A DNA stretch of 64,000 bases from Anolis carolinensis. Lineage: Eukaryota. The position numbers and the translations under genes are program-made. Location: the NCBI RefSeq assembly GCF_035594765.1, contig NC_085843.1, positions 79,027,971 through 79,091,970 of the forward strand, in the 5' to 3' direction. Positions 60,332 through 64,000 of this stretch are shown piece by piece. Below the pieces are notes generated by a model. That model was given only the letters and a program-made list of their open reading frames with translations. It was not told the origin of the DNA and made no database searches. Each line of letters opens with the position of its first letter. Within the stretch, counting starts at the first letter, position 1.

Positions 60332-61518
60332 TTCTCCCCACAATAGTCATATCCAAACCATGCAATCCATGTGCGCTGATGACCTAAGTTCATATTGAGC
60401 CACATCCTGTCACCAACTCATACATAGCTGACCACAATATTTGCTTAAGCTTCTGCCTTTTGCCCATCACACAAGCAAACAATTTCACATTTCTTGTTGC
60501 ATTTCCAGTTATCAGCACAAAATATTACAGCAGCTGCCATTGAGATATCCCATTAGTAAGGGAAGGGTGATGTTGGCATTTTTCATGGTGAAGTGTCAAA
60601 GCTGGTCTTGATTGTTTAAGTGCTTTCCATATGAATTGTTTTCTTTTTAAGAAATTCAATTTTTTTAATGATTCCCTGTCTGTCTTTGTCACACATACAC
60701 ACCTGCACTCACTTTAAGCTTACTCTCACCTAGGTCCCCTGTCTCCTGTGTAACATTTTCAGAAAGCCATTCACCTAAAAATATTACTCTGTTTCCATAA
60801 GCTCTGTTGCATGTACCCATGTGGTTATTTGTATTCTGTTCTATATTCCATAATAATCAAAGAATTCCCAGGATTCGTGTTTTTTCTGCAACAGACGCCC
60901 TGAAGTTCGTTATTCAATCTCTGATGAGGAATGGAGGGGCTTGGAGAAACATGTGGTTATTTCCCTATGGCCAAATGCAGAATAATTACATCATTGGCTG
61001 AGACATTTGGAGGACCTTGGTGGAACTTGGCAAAAGATGACTTTGGTCTGCATCTGCCCATGGGGCATAGCCAAAGCTTCCAAAACTCCCACCCCATCAG
61101 CCATGGAATAACTGTTCAGTGAGGCTATTGCAGTCAAACCATGGGTCAAGAAGGTAGTAAGTGACCTCCACCTGAAAAATTCTTATACTGTACAGAGCAA
61201 AGTAGGGTCTTGGTCACAGTCTACATGAGGGGAAGCTCCCATGGCCCCCAGATAATTTTGGATTGCTGCCGTGATAACATGGTCTGAGGGACATTATAGC
61301 CCACCAAACCATTAAGAAGGCCACGGTTGCTCTAAGTAAATTATCTAATGTAGATTTTTGGTACATAATTGGAACCTTCATCAAGCTCCTATATTGTCAG
61401 ATGTTGCTACAACAGTGGAACTCCATCATTATAGATACTCCTACCAATGCCAAGCCCCACCCCCATCCAAATATCCTCCTAAGCAAGATAACACCTCATT
61501 GAATGGATTCCAAGGAAC

Positions 61519-61846
61519 CAGAGCTGGCCCTAGGTATTTTTCAAGTGTAGGCAAACAGAATTTTGGCGCCCCCCCTCCCCAAACTAATCACTGAAAAATA
61601 AAAGTGTTGGATAAACGAAAATGTTTGATAATAAGGAGAGATTAAGGAAAAGCCTATTAAACATCAAATTACATTAAGATTTTACAAATTAAGCACTAAA
61701 ACATGTTTTACAACAAATCAACAGAAAAAGCAGTTCAATACCTTGTGGAGGCAGGCCGCAGCAGACAGGAGTTGCCTCGATGGCGCCCCCAACAAGATGG
61801 TGCCACAGGCAACTGCCTATCTGGCCTGATGGTTGAACCGCCTCTG
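61519..61846. mobile_element. hAT non-autonomous element carrying a Tc1-MITE fragment
   Basis: cagag...ctctg ends, perfect 8-bp TSD caaggaac; 61604-61740 is the reverse complement of 27730-27880. Confidence 0.8.
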
Positions 61847-63088
61847 CAAGGAACTATAGATCAGGACTACTTTGGGAAACAATGACCGCAGTGCTCTTTC
61901 AGTCATGGGGCATATTGAGGCAGGCAATTGGAGAGACCACTTGATATCGCATAAAACAAGAGTTTTTGTGCAAGTTTGAATTTGAACAAGACTCCCTGGA
62001 GCTAAGCACAGACTATTTGACCACAAAGACATATAACCTATCCAGTACTACTACTTTTAAGTTGTTATGCAATAGGTCAATAGTTATCTCTCCATTCCTC
62101 TATTTTGCAGAGTTGATAAAATGTGAAAAACTAGTCTTGTAGGCATGCAACTTCTCTGATTCTGAAAAAAAATCTTGCAATTCAGGTTGAGGTAACTGAT
62201 TGATTTACTGGTCCTATTTATCACTTAAGGACAAAGTAAGCCTGTATCTGCACCTTCAGTATCAAAAGTCCTATGGCCAGTTTCTGCATCTCCTCCCTTT
62301 CACTTCAATGAGTTTATAAGACTTTTTTTTTTTTTTGGCTTCAGATGATAGCTAAGATGAAGAAGGAAGCCTAAAGGAGTTGGCAATGACATCTCATTTA
62401 TCATAGAACAAATCAGGAACAGCCATTCTGGATTTCAGCCTGAGGGTAGAAGTGTACTTTTGAATGTATGAGTGAAACTAGTGCATTCAAAGTCCAACTA
62501 AATGAAATACCTGTTGAAAATCATGGTGGGAAATATTGCAAGCTAATAAATCTTGTAGGGAATTAGTAATTAATATGTGTGTGTGAGTACATGAGAGAGA
62601 GAGAGAGAGAGAGAACGAGAAAGAACATCCAAAATACTTTGCAGTTGGATAAAAGATCAGACAATGTCCCTCCCCCCCACTCCATTCCATTTAGCAAAGC
62701 CAACTAAGTCAACAATTAGTTTTAGAAAGGGGTAGCACCTTCTTCCTCACCTGTGAGCAGCAGGCTAGCTTACAGCATTTAGGACAAACTGTCTGGAACA
62801 TACTGCTCTGCCCTTTCTGGAGAATAGCCAGGAACAGCAACAAAAACTGCTGCTGCCTGCCTTTCACAATTACTGTCTTTGGCCACTGCCTCATTCTGCC
62901 TAGTGATAGGCCTGGCCCAGGTGTGCGTATAAGTGATTTATCATGTAGTTCAGTAAACGCAATACCCAGTTCAGGTAGTTACCTAAGGGATCATTTCTGC
63001 ATGTATAAACAATAGCGGTGGATGTGAATAGGCACATTTTTCTGTCAGTATCAAGATGTTATTTGCATCCCAATCAAGCAGGCTAGAT

Positions 63089-63222
63089 CAGGCATCAGCA
63101 AACTTCAGCCTTCCAGTTGTTTTGGACTTTAACTCCCACAAATCCTAACAGCTGCTAGGCTGCTAGGAATTGTGGGAGTTGAAGTCCAAATCACCTGGAG
63201 AGCCGAAGTTTGCCCATGCCTG
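63089..63222. mobile_element. hAT (URR1-like) MITE
   Basis: caggcat..gcaaactt / aagtttgcccatgcctg; perfect TSD ggctagat. Confidence 0.88.
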
Positions 63223-64000
63223 GGCTAGATGCTTTTATCTCCTTGCGGACTGGCATGCTCACCTGCATCCAGGTTGTAACTAAAGTGACTTGGGGCCTGA
63301 CAGTTTTGACATTTATTTAACAAGAGAAGTCTGCTAATTTCTAAAAAGTGAGAAGATCTGGTTCAGATTGCTTTATGTAACAAGCATCATGTGATTCCAC
63401 ATTATGGAAAAATACAGTATTTTCTTCCCAAATAGGTGTCATGATACCTCAAGCTTTGGAATATCCTTCTGGGGGAGATAGTTCTATTACTGTATTTGCT
63501 TTCTATTTAGTGCCTGGTTCCAATGCTGATTTTTTTTACCCAGGCATTTATATATAATTTTTTATTATTGTTTGCTTTGTTCATATTATTTATGGCTTTT
63601 TGTAGGCCACGCTAATTGGGGTATAGTCTAAAAAAAGAAACTTTCCTAAGTTTTATTCTCAAATTATAGAGCATTGATGTAATTGCATGAAACTCAGGAA
63701 AATGAGCTAAGAACAATTTGCATAGCCCCCCACCCCACCCCCATGCATACATGCCAGTTAATACCATGGTCAGACCGCAATATGGACCTGGCTTTTCTGA
63801 AAGAAAGACACACATACTCTCTGTATATACATATTTCCCCCTGAAGGGAATGCATGGCCTTGGAATGTCACTGTTAAGTAATAGCTCAAGTATTTCTGGA
63901 AACCATGTTTCTCTTAGTATATACACAAAGCAAAGATTTAGATCTAGACAATCAATCATCAAAATAATTATATATTACCTTATACCTATATCTCAGATAC

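Noticed and set aside
1-64000. CRISPR array, operon or other prokaryotic system
   Set aside because: Spliceosomal introns, SINE/LINE content and low coding density; the dispersed repeats are MITEs, not regularly spaced repeat-spacer units.

Overview
This is eukaryotic (vertebrate) DNA, not prokaryotic. The repeat content (Sauria SINE, poly-A Anolis-type SINE, RTE-BovB, CR1, L2, Vingi, Penelope, hAT/Tc1/Harbinger MITEs) points to a squamate, most likely an Anolis lizard. The only protein-coding gene I can support is ETS2 on the + strand. It has a CpG-island promoter and probable non-coding exon 1 at about 34950-35463, nine coding exons (40737-55553; 1440 nt = 479 aa + stop, all GT-AG) and a TE-free 3' region. 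The first 35 kb is intergenic and TE-rich, with one 153-N gap and several enhancer-like blocks. Most notable observations: (1) four Penelope-derived minimal type-I hammerhead ribozyme motifs, two forming a 91-bp-arm palindrome inside ETS2 intron 8; (2) that palindrome lies inside a 1.95-kb cargo-laden hAT element, in an intron holding four long hairpins; (3) an orphan CDE/CHR/E2F/NF-Y/TATA promoter module with an 11-bp stem at about 10 kb; (4) a multi-layer TE nest abutting a palindromic double-E2F site at the ETS2 promoter; (5) an AG|GTAAAC junction that could remove exon 8 in frame, like ETS1 p42. No CRISPR, rRNA or true tRNA genes are seen. TE family names and comparisons with human/chicken ETS2 come from recall, not from searches.
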